Origin: Candidatus Poribacteria bacterium
GTDB lineage: Bacteria > Poribacteria > WGA-4E > WGA-3G
Direction: 5' to 3'
Length of the DNA stretch: 64,000 bases
NCBI GenBank assembly: GCA_963663765.2
Contig: CAXXUA010000015.1
Span: forward strand, 416,001-480,000
Below, one piece after another: positions 49,401-57,992 of the stretch. Every line of letters begins with the position of its first letter. The first letter of the stretch is position 1. Position numbers and translations under genes: made by a program. The notes below the pieces were generated by a model. It worked only from the letters and a program-made list of their open reading frames with translations, ran no database searches and was not told where the DNA came from.

Positions 49401-52400
49401 TCGTGGATACACAAGGGAAGGTTACAACGCGACATCCACGACGGCGTGTGTTAATAGGTACTTTATTCGGTAGGAGTTTTGCTCCGTAATTCCCCAAGTC
49501 TGGTGCATAGACAATGTCACCGGAATCTGGATCGAGAATATAAGCTTCTACTTCCTGTGCTCCACCGAGTCTACGGGTAGCTCTACCCTCCATTGCCAAC
49601 CCAGCAACCTCAAAATTACCTTTATTGTCTCCCATTGCGAATAGGTCACCTCGCACACCCATCATTGTCTTATGTTTTCGTCGGAGCGTTATGATTGGAT
49701 AAGGTACGGGTTTATTTGGTAGTGCAGATTCACGAGCATCAAACTCGACTACATCTCCGAAAAGATTACAATAGAAGTTTCCGACTCTTGCAGCTGTTGG
49801 CATCCGCGGGTCGCGTAATGCTTGTATTAGAATTGATGCCAAAGTCATTGCCTGTTGATGTAAGTTACCATCTTCACGTAGGTCAACGCGGTCAATCGTA
49901 TCCAGTGGGGTGTCTGTGAGTACTCTTGCATCTTCTATAGTAGCAAATGCTATACCCGTTTTACCAACGAGTGTCGCTACCTCACTGTCAAAAGCAATTT
50001 TTCCTGGGATATAGGTCTTCCATGTTTTGCCGCCACTTGCGGATATAGCGTTGACAAAGTTTGAGCCACCCCCAAGTCCGACGATTGAAATCAGTGTATT
50101 GATGTCATCAATTTCATCTTCAGTAAATGTGTCTGGGTCTTCGTGTCGGAGTCTGAGCATGGCATCTAACTTACCACGCATGCGTATACTGTTTTTTCTG
50201 TTTTTCTTCGCGTTACGTACATCGTTTCGGATGAACCGTTCCACCTCTTTTCGGATGTAATCCATATCTTTGAGCATATCTTCAGAGGGTTCGCCACGAC
50301 TTCTCCACTGTTCAAACTGCATCCGCATCAGACGACTCACACCACCTAAACCTGTGAGTTTACCATAGTGTGCACTCAGTAGTGTTTCAAGTGTTTTGCC
50401 TTCAAGGTTGGCTTTATCGGAAATCTGGCTTGAAACCGACCATTGACGCGCCATCACTGCCTGGCGAATTTGGTCGTCAGTCGCGCGCCACAGTTTTCTT
50501 ACTCTGACTCCGAAATCCGCATCTGTTGCATAAGCTGCCAGTTTATTACCAATACTTGCAAATTCACGTCTGAGTACAAACTCAGGTTGTTGGTCATAGA
50601 ACCAACCTTTGTTGAAAACACCGAACTGATTAGATTGAGAGGATAGATCTATGCTACAAAAAAGTGAGGTATAATACCGATTGAATAGGTCCTGAAGGGC
50701 GATTGCTGCTTCAATCTGTGCTAATTTGCGATTGTATTCATCCTCGCTAATACGTGCCATCTTTTGAACCCGACTCTGTATGTTACGGAACCTTGCATTC
50801 CGTAAAGTCAACATGTTGTCACGCAGAAGCACCTTTATCTGTACATCTAAATCTGTTATTAGTGAGGGTAGATTTTCAATGAGATTATCCAAAGCAACTA
50901 AATCTGCATCAGCATTAATTCTTACTGTCTGTAGGATTTGTGTTTCCATGAGATATGCAGAGATTAACTTTCGTTTTTCAATTGCTTGTTTAACCTCGTC
51001 ATTTGTTAAATGACTCTGTAGGATTAATAACTCCTCATCCAGATATTCACGCGTAAGTGATCCGTGGGAGTCAAGAAGGTTTTGGATACGTCTGCTTTCC
51101 AAACGTGCGTTCCGTAGAGCGATCTCAAATATCCCCTGCTTATCACGTGTCAAGTCTTTTATCAAACCGTCTTCACTATCTACCATACCCTCCCCAGCTG
51201 CTGCTTCAGTTAGCCGTTGCCGTATTTGGTCATTGATACTAACAATACGTTCTTGTGATGCAACAGTAAGATACTGTTTTCCAATTTCAGATGGCAAGTC
51301 ATGCACACGATCACTGCTTAACTTTGTTATTGCATCTTTAATCTGCACATCAAGAGATGAACTATCATTTAAGTTCTGTTGAACTTTCTGAAGAAGTGCT
51401 TTCTCACGAGATATAGCTGCCTCTTTAGTCTCTTTAGTATTCGCTATTATCTCTCGCGCATTTCTGGCTTCCCTAAGTGTAGGTAGGTCTAAATGACGGT
51501 CAAGTATCTTATCGGGTGTCCACATAAGAGCAAACTTTCGTTGGTCACTCATTTCCCAGTTGGCAAGGTTATTATTTAACTTTTCAATGTCTGCGAGCAG
51601 TTCAGGAGGGAGATCACTTGGAGTTGGTACTACATAATTTGACCCGTCTTTTTCGGGTAATAGGTAGGATGATTTCGGATGTGTGCCGAATTTATCACCG
51701 ATCCTATCCGCATCAAGTTCTCTAATCAGTCTGTCCACTGCCCATGTGTCTAAACGTGCTATCGGTAGAGCGATGTTATTTATAAGATCTATCTGTGCTT
51801 CTCTGCTTGTTTCTAATGCAGATGCACGTATCTGACCAAGACGTTTGACAATTTGTCTGAGGAAGTGTGTTGTTTGCAATGCTTCTTTTTCAAAACGTAC
51901 AAGGTTTGCATTTAATCTTGATTTTTCTTCCTCTGTAAATCCCTGTTTTTCACGTTTTCTTTTTCTTTCTGCATCTTTTTTCTGTCTTTCTGAATAATCA
52001 CGTTGAGCTCTATGCAGCCAATCAATCTGTGAACGTGTAGAAGCAAGTCCTTCAAGCGTTGTAGAAAGTGATTCTATATCCTCTTTTATGCCGTGCACAC
52101 CAAAATAAAACTCTGTGTCCAAATCAACCAAAATGCTCCGATCAATAGATAGCAAGAGTTTACGTCCTAATTCTTCAAATTCTATTATATCGGTGGATAA
52201 TCCGCGCCGTAATCCTTGTAAGGTAGGTGTACCAGGTGAGTCAGTTGCAGAACCTACGATGTCTTGTCCAATTCCTTCCATGAAAGCACGCATCCCAGCT
52301 AACCCTTGGAAATGCGCGTCTACAGCAACAAATAGCACTGAACGTCCTGGGCGGTATTGTTGATCTGCAAACAGTCGTGCAAGTTCCATCAGCACAGCAA

Positions 52401-53760
52401 TACCACAAGTTGGATCCGCTCCGGGAGCGAGTGCGGGAACAACTGACATGGAATCATAATATGCGGTAAGGACTACCAACTCATCACGTAATACGGGGTC
52501 TCCACCTTCTAAGAATCCGCGGATGTTTTGACCCTCGCGCCGTTCCCATTTCATTTTGCCACGCAATCGGACATTGACAGCCTCTCCAGTGGATAGGAGT
52601 GTTTTCAGTTGTTCAGCATCTTCTTTGGAGACCCAAAAACGTGGTATATTAGCCGGAACGGTGAGAAACTTGTTCTCTGCTTCACCACGAATTGTCGATT
52701 CAGGTTCAATGAATACAACTGCTGCGGCGCCTAACATAGCAGCGTTAATCCATCTCGTACCAGAATTAAACTCCGCAAGAACGACAGCACCCTTTGGAAT
52801 GAAGATGTGAGATTCACTTGCTGCAACAAATTCGCCAGTTTCGTCAATTTGTCCGTCATTGTTGTTGTCAATCCCATCTGTTTCATCACCCGGTCTCTCG
52901 TCAGTCCATCCATCCGCATTGTTGTCAATCCCATCTGTTGCCCACCCATGTATCTCTGATAGCAAAGGGATCTCACCATATTCGTCAACGATGCCATCTT
53001 CATCGTTGTCTATCCCATCGGAAGCCTTTTGTAGATGACCATTAAGAACATCGTCTGTAATGCTTGCTTGTGTCACGCGAAACCGTCTTGCCAGTGATAC
53101 AAGTGTATCTCCCTCTTGCAGTCTATACCAATATCCACCAACGTTACTTCCATTGAAATCAGCAAGTTGTGCATCATCCGCATAAAGCAAAGGACCGGTA
53201 AGACCACCCGTTGGAATGAAGACTGTATTCCCTTCAACAACTGGTGAGGGTAAGTTTTGGTTATGCGGATTCTCTATAATATCAGTTAGGGGAATAGCAT
53301 AGTTTTCGGCTATTATTTTGAGGGTTTCACCTACTTCAACAGTATGCTTTATTCTATCGGTAAGCAGTGAAGTCCGAACAAGGTTGGGCCATAAGGCTTT
53401 AAGAGGAAATGCTTGTATTACTGTACCATCAGAACCAAGGATTTCAATAGCACTATTACCATAGTCTATTGGAACTGTGACAGAGAATTCTCGACTTTCA
53501 ACATTCTTCAAACCCATTTCAACGAAACGGTCGAAAATGTATTTACTGCCATTGGCTGCCTGTGGATATCCAGTAACACGGCTTTCTAAACTGGATAGAC
53601 GTGCAAGGTCTTTACGGATGTTACGAATAGATACATCATCGCGAATCTGGATTGCAGATTCCGACAATCCTAACTTTTTTTCTCCATCTGCAGCATTACT
53701 ATAAGGAATGCTACAACAAAAGACTAATAATAGCGTTATAGAATAATACCAATACCTCAT
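46492..53760 (-). CDS. Giant LysM / M28-peptidase-like / FtsX(MacB)-type ABC permease fusion (~2422 aa)
   Basis: GAGG RBS and ATG at 53760; signal peptide; two LysM domains; three DGIDNxxDGxxDE repeats; M28-like fold; C-terminal TM block with NMRKRKGRTILT and ERVREIGIYSSVGL (FtsX). Confidence 0.85.
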   Translation of the reverse strand: MRYWYYSITLLLVFCCSIPYSNAADGEKKLGLSESAIQIRDDVSIRNIRKDLARLSSLESRVTGYPQAANGSKYIFDRFVEMGLKNVESREFSVTVPIDYGNSAIEILGSDGTVIQAFPLKALWPNLVRTSLLTDRIKHTVEVGETLKIIAENYAIPLTDIIENPHNQNLPSPVVEGNTVFIPTGGLTGPLLYADDAQLADFNGSNVGGYWYRLQEGDTLVSLARRFRVTQASITDDVLNGHLQKASDGIDNDEDGIVDEYGEIPLLSEIHGWATDGIDNNADGWTDERPGDETDGIDNNNDGQIDETGEFVAASESHIFIPKGAVVLAEFNSGTRWINAAMLGAAAVVFIEPESTIRGEAENKFLTVPANIPRFWVSKEDAEQLKTLLSTGEAVNVRLRGKMKWERREGQNIRGFLEGGDPVLRDELVVLTAYYDSMSVVPALAPGADPTCGIAVLMELARLFADQQYRPGRSVLFVAVDAHFQGLAGMRAFMEGIGQDIVGSATDSPGTPTLQGLRRGLSTDIIEFEELGRKLLLSIDRSILVDLDTEFYFGVHGIKEDIESLSTTLEGLASTRSQIDWLHRAQRDYSERQKKDAERKRKREKQGFTEEEKSRLNANLVRFEKEALQTTHFLRQIVKRLGQIRASALETSREAQIDLINNIALPIARLDTWAVDRLIRELDADRIGDKFGTHPKSSYLLPEKDGSNYVVPTPSDLPPELLADIEKLNNNLANWEMSDQRKFALMWTPDKILDRHLDLPTLREARNAREIIANTKETKEAAISREKALLQKVQQNLNDSSSLDVQIKDAITKLSSDRVHDLPSEIGKQYLTVASQERIVSINDQIRQRLTEAAAGEGMVDSEDGLIKDLTRDKQGIFEIALRNARLESRRIQNLLDSHGSLTREYLDEELLILQSHLTNDEVKQAIEKRKLISAYLMETQILQTVRINADADLVALDNLIENLPSLITDLDVQIKVLLRDNMLTLRNARFRNIQSRVQKMARISEDEYNRKLAQIEAAIALQDLFNRYYTSLFCSIDLSSQSNQFGVFNKGWFYDQQPEFVLRREFASIGNKLAAYATDADFGVRVRKLWRATDDQIRQAVMARQWSVSSQISDKANLEGKTLETLLSAHYGKLTGLGGVSRLMRMQFEQWRSRGEPSEDMLKDMDYIRKEVERFIRNDVRNAKKNRKNSIRMRGKLDAMLRLRHEDPDTFTEDEIDDINTLISIVGLGGGSNFVNAISASGGKTWKTYIPGKIAFDSEVATLVGKTGIAFATIEDARVLTDTPLDTIDRVDLREDGNLHQQAMTLASILIQALRDPRMPTAARVGNFYCNLFGDVVEFDARESALPNKPVPYPIITLRRKHKTMMGVRGDLFAMGDNKGNFEVAGLAMEGRATRRLGGAQEVEAYILDPDSGDIVYAPDLGNYGAKLLPNKVPINTRRRGCRVVTFPCVSTTIYDLVDQRYLRTLRELEVYDALSDSPPEKYGVSKPWQQEGVSAAEPIALVYSEPQSRIKIGMAYGQIGKRLLLIKATKSGMKNPTLYTGEGFVVRENGSIRLTPYVVVRDMWWLDENRSRLYKRFGISSDRLDKLHKFADEYLTRAETALYQNDYQQALKLARAAWGYESRAYPDVKKTGNDVVNGIMFYLALLMPFAYFMERLIFGFTNINRQILATFGIFLLVFYFLSQVHPAFQITTTPIIILIAFVVLALTVIVISIIVRKFEEQLEKIRQRGNKVYKADVGRLSASAAAFSLGISNMRKRKGRTILTCATLVILTFTVISFTSVRTFMRPNRTSLPQVTPSYTGLLIRDQYWRPLEEPVLNSILNDMQKTQISVLDLEQLLEQKNLLRGKQGQPLVDIPNAIAQLQQGGYIENVDEEPVLTVQNIVAPRAWYQSSGTGDQSFVQLTRTANTQDSSPPTHPLNGEALKFAANMLVGMSETEPSVTGIDRYLQYGKWFNREDAENWPTEWPYAIVLPKGMADLLKLTENDMGKATISVYGADFTVVGVLGIGFKDLTDNDGEELTPVDYQLMQQQRSRGGTGDETLEGELQKYLHLTPDSIAILPYEVVMNQGGTLRSVAVNMEPREDDPELIGAIDKLDLIMAPLMNRIALDFFVGRDKDTYLYSSIGMTSFSGMGNLFVPILIAALIVLNTMLGAVYERVREIGIYSSVGLAPTHIAFLFLAEACVYAIVGAVLGYLMGQVIATTLVHFGLLAGLTLNYSSMSTVIATVIVMIVVLLSTLYPAIKASRMAVPDIERKWKLPEPEGDVWHFNLPFTVLAEEALGLNVFMRDYFDAHADESASDFYTDNVAFSSTGDDSYQIGMMVWLAPYDLGVSQSIQFVTSPVGGEEEDLFKITLEVNRESGEIASWKRVNRRFLNLLRKQLLIWRTFSVDIRSEFHERGRNESSDTVEETARLEPVLTTAD

Positions 53761-53837
53761 ATAATTCCTCAAATTCTTGTTTTGACTTTTCTTAGTGTAA
53801 CAAATATTTGAAATTATTTCAATAGAAAATAAAGTGC

Positions 53838-54024
53838 AGCACTTACGCAAAAACGGTAGGCGGGGAATGCATAAAGAAGCATGCGCGTATGGCATGCTCC
53901 ATGATTCATACCGTTGATTTCTTGATTAGGTGCTTGTAAGCGCGCTGGAAACCCATAAAAATGCTGATAATGACATCATTTTCATCTTAATTCTTGCATT
54001 TGATCAAAAAAATGCGTAAGTCCT
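53838..54024. mobile_element. MITE (AGGACTTACGCA family)
   Basis: agcacttacgca / tgcgtaagtcct ends; internal sequence shared with the other copies. Confidence 0.78.
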
Positions 54025-54157
54025 GAAGAGGAAGGTTGAATTGTATTTTATGTCAACTCGGTTGAATCATGAATATATAACGGGAGATCAATACCAGAAG
54101 AGAAGTAATGCTAACAACGCATGTCTATCGTTTGAGAATAATGTAAACCGAAGTAAA

Positions 54158-55399
54158 TTATGTATGTCGAATGGCATCAATTGGACTTAATTTCGCAGCT
54201 TTGCTTGCGGGGTAATAACCAAAAAATAATCCGACAGCAGTTCCAGCTGCAACGGAAGTGAGAACTGATCTTATAGTAACAACAGATGGCCAACTCATCA
54301 TTCCCATCAAGAACTTATCTACTGCCCAAGCAAAACCTTGTCCAACAAAGGCTCCCAGAATTATACCAAGTATACTTCCAAAGAGACACAATAGTATTGA
54401 CTCAGTCAGGAATTGAAAGCGGATATGGTATGTTTTTGCACCCACTGCCTTTCTTAAACCAATTTCGGGGATTCTTTCTGTAACAGATACGAGCATAATA
54501 TTAAGGATACCGATACCGCCAACAATTAGTGCTACAGAAGCGATAACTACTAACACCATTTCAATAATAAAAATTGTCTTCTTAGCACTTTCAATCCCTT
54601 TCTGAGCTTGCCATGTACGAAAAAATGTGTCATCTCCATCGTGATTACGTCGGATGATTGTTTGAACTTCTTTGACTGCTTGGTCAACCTGGAACGGACT
54701 TTTTGCACGGACCATAATATGCCCAACGTTTTCATGTCCCCAAAACCTTGTCTGTGCAGTTGTGATTGGAATGAAAATCATATTGTCATCGCTTTTGCCC
54801 TGTTCTAAGCCAGGTCCTCTGCTTTCCATAATTCCAATCACAGTGAAACGTTTGTTATTTATTCCAACCTCTTTTCCAATCGGATCCAAACCCTTAAACT
54901 GTTCTTTCCAAACTTGCGAACCGATAACGCAGACCTTATTCCAGAAATCCATATCTGTGTCAGCAAGAAATCTTCCATACTGACTGTGCCACTGCCGAAC
55001 TGCTTGATATTCTACGGTAGTCGCTCGCATGTAGGTCGGTTGATGTCTTCCGTGAACATCAAAACGGATATAATAACTACCTTCAACTGTAGCAACTTCC
55101 ACAGATGGACATTGATTCTGGACATCGCGTAAGTCAGTCATATTCAGATGGTGCGGACTTGTATTGCGTTGCCAACGATTGTTTTTTCGTATATATCCAG
55201 GACGGTAAACCCCGAACATGCTGGGACCACCTATCTTCTCAAATTCCAACAGTATGAGTTTTTCTGCTCCTGCCCCCAACGACATCATCGCAATCACACC
55301 AGCAATTCCAATGGTAATACCTAACAAGGTTAGGATCGTTCGGAGTTTACTCGCACGAAGTGCTGAAAGAGCAGTTAGCAGGTTCTCTATAATTCGCAT
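54158..55399 (-). CDS. MacB-like ABC transporter permease (MacB_PCD + FtsX)
   Basis: KLRTILTLLGITIGIAGVI, GGIGILNIMLVSVTERIPEIGLRKAVGA, YPASKAAKLSPIDAIR. Confidence 0.95.
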   Translation of the reverse strand: MRIIENLLTALSALRASKLRTILTLLGITIGIAGVIAMMSLGAGAEKLILLEFEKIGGPSMFGVYRPGYIRKNNRWQRNTSPHHLNMTDLRDVQNQCPSVEVATVEGSYYIRFDVHGRHQPTYMRATTVEYQAVRQWHSQYGRFLADTDMDFWNKVCVIGSQVWKEQFKGLDPIGKEVGINNKRFTVIGIMESRGPGLEQGKSDDNMIFIPITTAQTRFWGHENVGHIMVRAKSPFQVDQAVKEVQTIIRRNHDGDDTFFRTWQAQKGIESAKKTIFIIEMVLVVIASVALIVGGIGILNIMLVSVTERIPEIGLRKAVGAKTYHIRFQFLTESILLCLFGSILGIILGAFVGQGFAWAVDKFLMGMMSWPSVVTIRSVLTSVAAGTAVGLFFGYYPASKAAKLSPIDAIRHT

Positions 55400-55662
55400 T
55401 TTTCTTGATAATATATACGTTACAGAACTTCAGAATGTAAAATGGTTTTCTTGATGGAATGCAATGTATTGCATCTGACTATAAATAGTGCTAAAATTGA
55501 AAACGGTATTTCATATTGATACTTTTTCACAGTATACAACAAAATCAACAATATATGCAAATTTCTTATGGTTACGAGTTGTGCTAAATAACTATATGTT
55601 AACCATTGTTTCACATAAGCATGACGTTTTGCAGGTGTCTTTCATATTTTGAAACGATCTTC

Positions 55663-55905
55663 AGTCCCGACAAATGCCATACGGGGAATGCCTTAATGGC
55701 ATTCATACCCGGGGAATGCCAAAAGGCATTCATACCGTTGATTTCTTGATTTGGCGCATTTGGCGTTGATTTGGTAGGGACGATATGTTTATAGAAAAAC
55801 GTCATAGTACATCCTCTTTAGTCCCGACAAATGCCATACGGGGAATGCCTTAATGGCATTCATACCGTTGATTTGGCGCATTTGGCGTTGATTTGGTAGG
55901 GACGA
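55663..55905. repeat. Two gtccc/gtagggac REP units interrupted by GAATGCC-hairpin cassettes
   Basis: agtcccgacaaatgccatacggggaatgcc...ttgatttggtagggacg occurs twice. Confidence 0.8.
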
Positions 55906-55989
55906 TATGTGCGCATTATAAACCTAATATATGTAAAAACTTTGAAAACAATGGGTTAACTGGCACAAGTCGTTATGGTTAGAATTATC

Positions 55990-57810
55990 ATGGATACAAA
56001 TTTATCAATAAATTCAAGTATCTCACTACTCAAGTATCCAAGTTCACATAATGTGACAATACACAAGTCAGAATTAGCAAAACTAATTACACGCAACAAA
56101 ACGGCTTGGATACTTATGAATGCTGACATGATTCAGACACGTTTCCAGTTGAATGTTCTATACATGCATTTTCAAACAACTGAAATGCCAGCATCAATTC
56201 AAATGAAATTGCGAAATATCCTTGCTCATACCAATTCAGATAAAGGTAACACTAATTATTGTGAGTTTTTTCTTATTGCACAGACGCATACGGAAGATAC
56301 ATTTTACAACATTACTGATTATGTTCAAAGATGTAGCCAATGGGATTTGTCGATAGCAGAACGTTTACGCGGAAGAACACTTCTCTTTATCTATCAGACA
56401 GAGGAAGATGCCTATGATTTGTTATGTACATCTGGGGTTAACTCCTTTATTAACCATGTATTTAACAGATATATAGAGACTTATGGTTTGGAAATGATTG
56501 AGGGTTTTGCTATTGAATTACCATACTTTTTGTCAATCTTTAACACTGATAGTTCCTCTATTCCTTGGAGTCATTCTCTGTTGAAACGTCTGGAGAATGA
56601 AAAAGAGAGAACTGAAAAAGTTCAGGGTAATTCTACACCCTATCTGTTTTACGAAACATATAACTCACCTGTCATAAGAAGTATATTTTGGCAGAGTTTA
56701 ACAACACAATTCGCAGAATGTTTTTTCGTAGGAGTTAAAGAATTTTGTCAAAAACATAAGCTTCGTTTTGCTATAACAATCCAGGAAAGCTCAAGGTCGT
56801 TACAATATGACTTAGGGTCACTCTTAGAACAGTCAGATTGTCCAATTCTTATTGCCTCTGAGGATGATACACCGCGACGTTTTGCAGTTGTTAAATCAAC
56901 TTGTAGTAATTCCAACAATACTGGAATAGTTCGTAAAAATAAATACATCAATTCACTGTGTGTCAAAGATGCCTCTCTTGGTTTCAATCAGTGGATTATA
57001 AATGATGAATTAGATTTGCATTCAGAGATAGAACGACATCACATTTTAGGGCAAGCATTGCAGGGTGGTACACCTGTGCGAAAAATTCTAATGTTATCTC
57101 CAATACAGAGTCTATGGATGAAGCCGGAAGAAAAGGAGTGGAGTAGCATTACAAAAGCATGGGGTTGGTTGACCCAAAATGTTTGGAACATGGGTTATGA
57201 CTTTGATATTGTTTCAGAAAAACAATTGTCCAATGCAATCGTGAATAAGAATGGACGAAGGATTTGTCTCTATGAGAAAGAGTATGAACTTGTCCTACTT
57301 CCAAGCTGTCTGTCACTACATGAAACTACTGTTCAACTCTTAACGAATTTTGCAAAATCAAAGGGTCGTATTCTTGCTAATGATCCAGTTCCCTATCTGT
57401 TAAATGGTAAGGTAGGACTTGAACCATATCAGTTAGAACGACTCATCTTCAGACGACAAACGACTGTATTAGACGGACCACTGAATGAAAGGGAGTTAGA
57501 CTTAATCAAGTATTTGCGTAAATGGGTTAAACCAGTTATCTCAGTTTATACTGACAACGAGAATACACCCGCGACAAATATTAGAATTCACCATAGACAG
57601 CATGAGAATGGACAATTGTTCTTTGTTTACTATATTGGGGATAAAGCAATTGAGACTTTGGTTGAGATTGAAGGACATGCTGAGAATGTTGAAGAACAAC
57701 ATTTACAGACTGGTAAAAACGTTAAGTTAAAGATTTGGCACGCGAACGACAAAACTTATCTTAATTGTCAATTTAAACCTCAACAAGGTAGACTCCTATT
57801 CGTTTCATGA
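55990..57810 (+). CDS. Hypothetical protein resembling a degenerate glycoside hydrolase with a glutamine-amidotransferase-like C-terminal domain
   Basis: IPWS..L, R..FW..L...F.E.F....EFC, GYDFDIVSE..L, YELVLLP.C..L...T..LL..F...G motifs as in GH106-type enzymes. Confidence 0.55.
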   Translation: MDTNLSINSSISLLKYPSSHNVTIHKSELAKLITRNKTAWILMNADMIQTRFQLNVLYMHFQTTEMPASIQMKLRNILAHTNSDKGNTNYCEFFLIAQTHTEDTFYNITDYVQRCSQWDLSIAERLRGRTLLFIYQTEEDAYDLLCTSGVNSFINHVFNRYIETYGLEMIEGFAIELPYFLSIFNTDSSSIPWSHSLLKRLENEKERTEKVQGNSTPYLFYETYNSPVIRSIFWQSLTTQFAECFFVGVKEFCQKHKLRFAITIQESSRSLQYDLGSLLEQSDCPILIASEDDTPRRFAVVKSTCSNSNNTGIVRKNKYINSLCVKDASLGFNQWIINDELDLHSEIERHHILGQALQGGTPVRKILMLSPIQSLWMKPEEKEWSSITKAWGWLTQNVWNMGYDFDIVSEKQLSNAIVNKNGRRICLYEKEYELVLLPSCLSLHETTVQLLTNFAKSKGRILANDPVPYLLNGKVGLEPYQLERLIFRRQTTVLDGPLNERELDLIKYLRKWVKPVISVYTDNENTPATNIRIHHRQHENGQLFFVYYIGDKAIETLVEIEGHAENVEEQHLQTGKNVKLKIWHANDKTYLNCQFKPQQGRLLFVS

Positions 57811-57992
57811 AGGCTTGTATCGACGTTGTAACATTAATAATGCTTGACATAATCATAATAATAGGTTATTTTATATCGGATGGATTGTCAAGACAACATC
57901 AACAATCATTCAGCATTTATGCGCTGACATGAATTTAGAAATTACAATATAAATTAAAAAATCAATACGTTTTTGGGACTTATAAAGACAAA

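Noticed and set aside
53761-53895. N-terminal extension of the giant ORF (2467 aa in the ORF track)
   Set aside because: It begins inside a MITE; ATG 53760 has an RBS and is followed by a signal peptide.
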